Source: Chlorokybus atmophyticus
Taxonomy: Eukaryota; Plantae; Mesostigma and Chlorokybus algae
Assembly: GCA_009103225.1 (NCBI GenBank)
Contig: RHPI01000277.1
Span: forward strand, 327,548 to 391,547
DNA: 64,000 nt
Direction of reading: 5' to 3'
Positions 63,831-64,000 of the stretch are shown here, piece after piece (within the stretch, counting starts at the first letter, position 1; every line of letters begins with the position of its first letter). A program made the translations under genes and the position numbers. The notes under the pieces were generated by a model that ran no database searches, was not told the DNA's origin, and was given only the letters and a program-made list of their open reading frames with translations.

Positions 63831-64000
63831 GAGCTTCCTCGGGCGTACTGGAGTGATGTGTCCGCACGCGGATGGTAAAAGGGTGCTGGCAGACATCTTT
63901 ACCGCTTTGGCCCTGGTTCTCCTTCTACTCAGGTTTTCAGTACTCACGGTGGGGCTTGCTAGCCCTTTAATGAGGACATTGAAATCAAAGGGGGGGGGGC

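Larger units (their letters stand above)
51215..64000 (+). mobile_element. Decayed Ty3/gypsy chromovirus, running off the window end, host to nested copia and mini-LTR insertions
   Basis: Putative 5' LTR TGTAAT..CTTACA (51215-51583) and PBS TGGTATCGGAGC (51586-51597); gag 58528; protease LVDTGATHNF; RT YLDD; RNase H; integrase; chromodomain 63700-63815; G-rich PPT at the window end. Confidence 0.8.

Overview
Eukaryotic nuclear DNA from the green lineage (green alga or early streptophyte, inferred from protein similarity), with GT-AG introns rich in (CA)/(TG) repeats and the standard genetic code. Host genes recognised by manual exon reconstruction: a small acidic SMAP1/CSNAP (CSN9)-like gene directly upstream of CDKD/CDK7, an intron-containing SufE pseudogene, a CDPK-family kinase with no EF-hand domain, plastid-type LepA/EF4, a conserved hypothetical gene, YIP1, an ABCB29-like half transporter and an AMI1-like amidase. 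About half the window is repeat-derived: two decayed Penelope-like retroelements with N-terminal GIY-YIG (Naiad/Chlamys architecture), a 13 x 337-bp tandem array, two homologous decayed (possibly DIRS-like) elements, a gag-only remnant, and a decayed Ty3/gypsy chromovirus carrying a nested intact Ty1/copia and a nested 459-bp TRIM-like mini element. The leading candidates for follow-up are (i) a possible splice-controlled ABC transporter-amidase fusion or bicistron, (ii) a possible SMAP-CDKD bicistronic transcript, and (iii) the mini-LTR element with a tRNA-like promoter split across its LTR/PBS junction and an 18-bp flanking duplication. All family assignments rest on remembered motifs; no database searches were run. 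Several N gaps and G-run junctions limit confidence in local structure.
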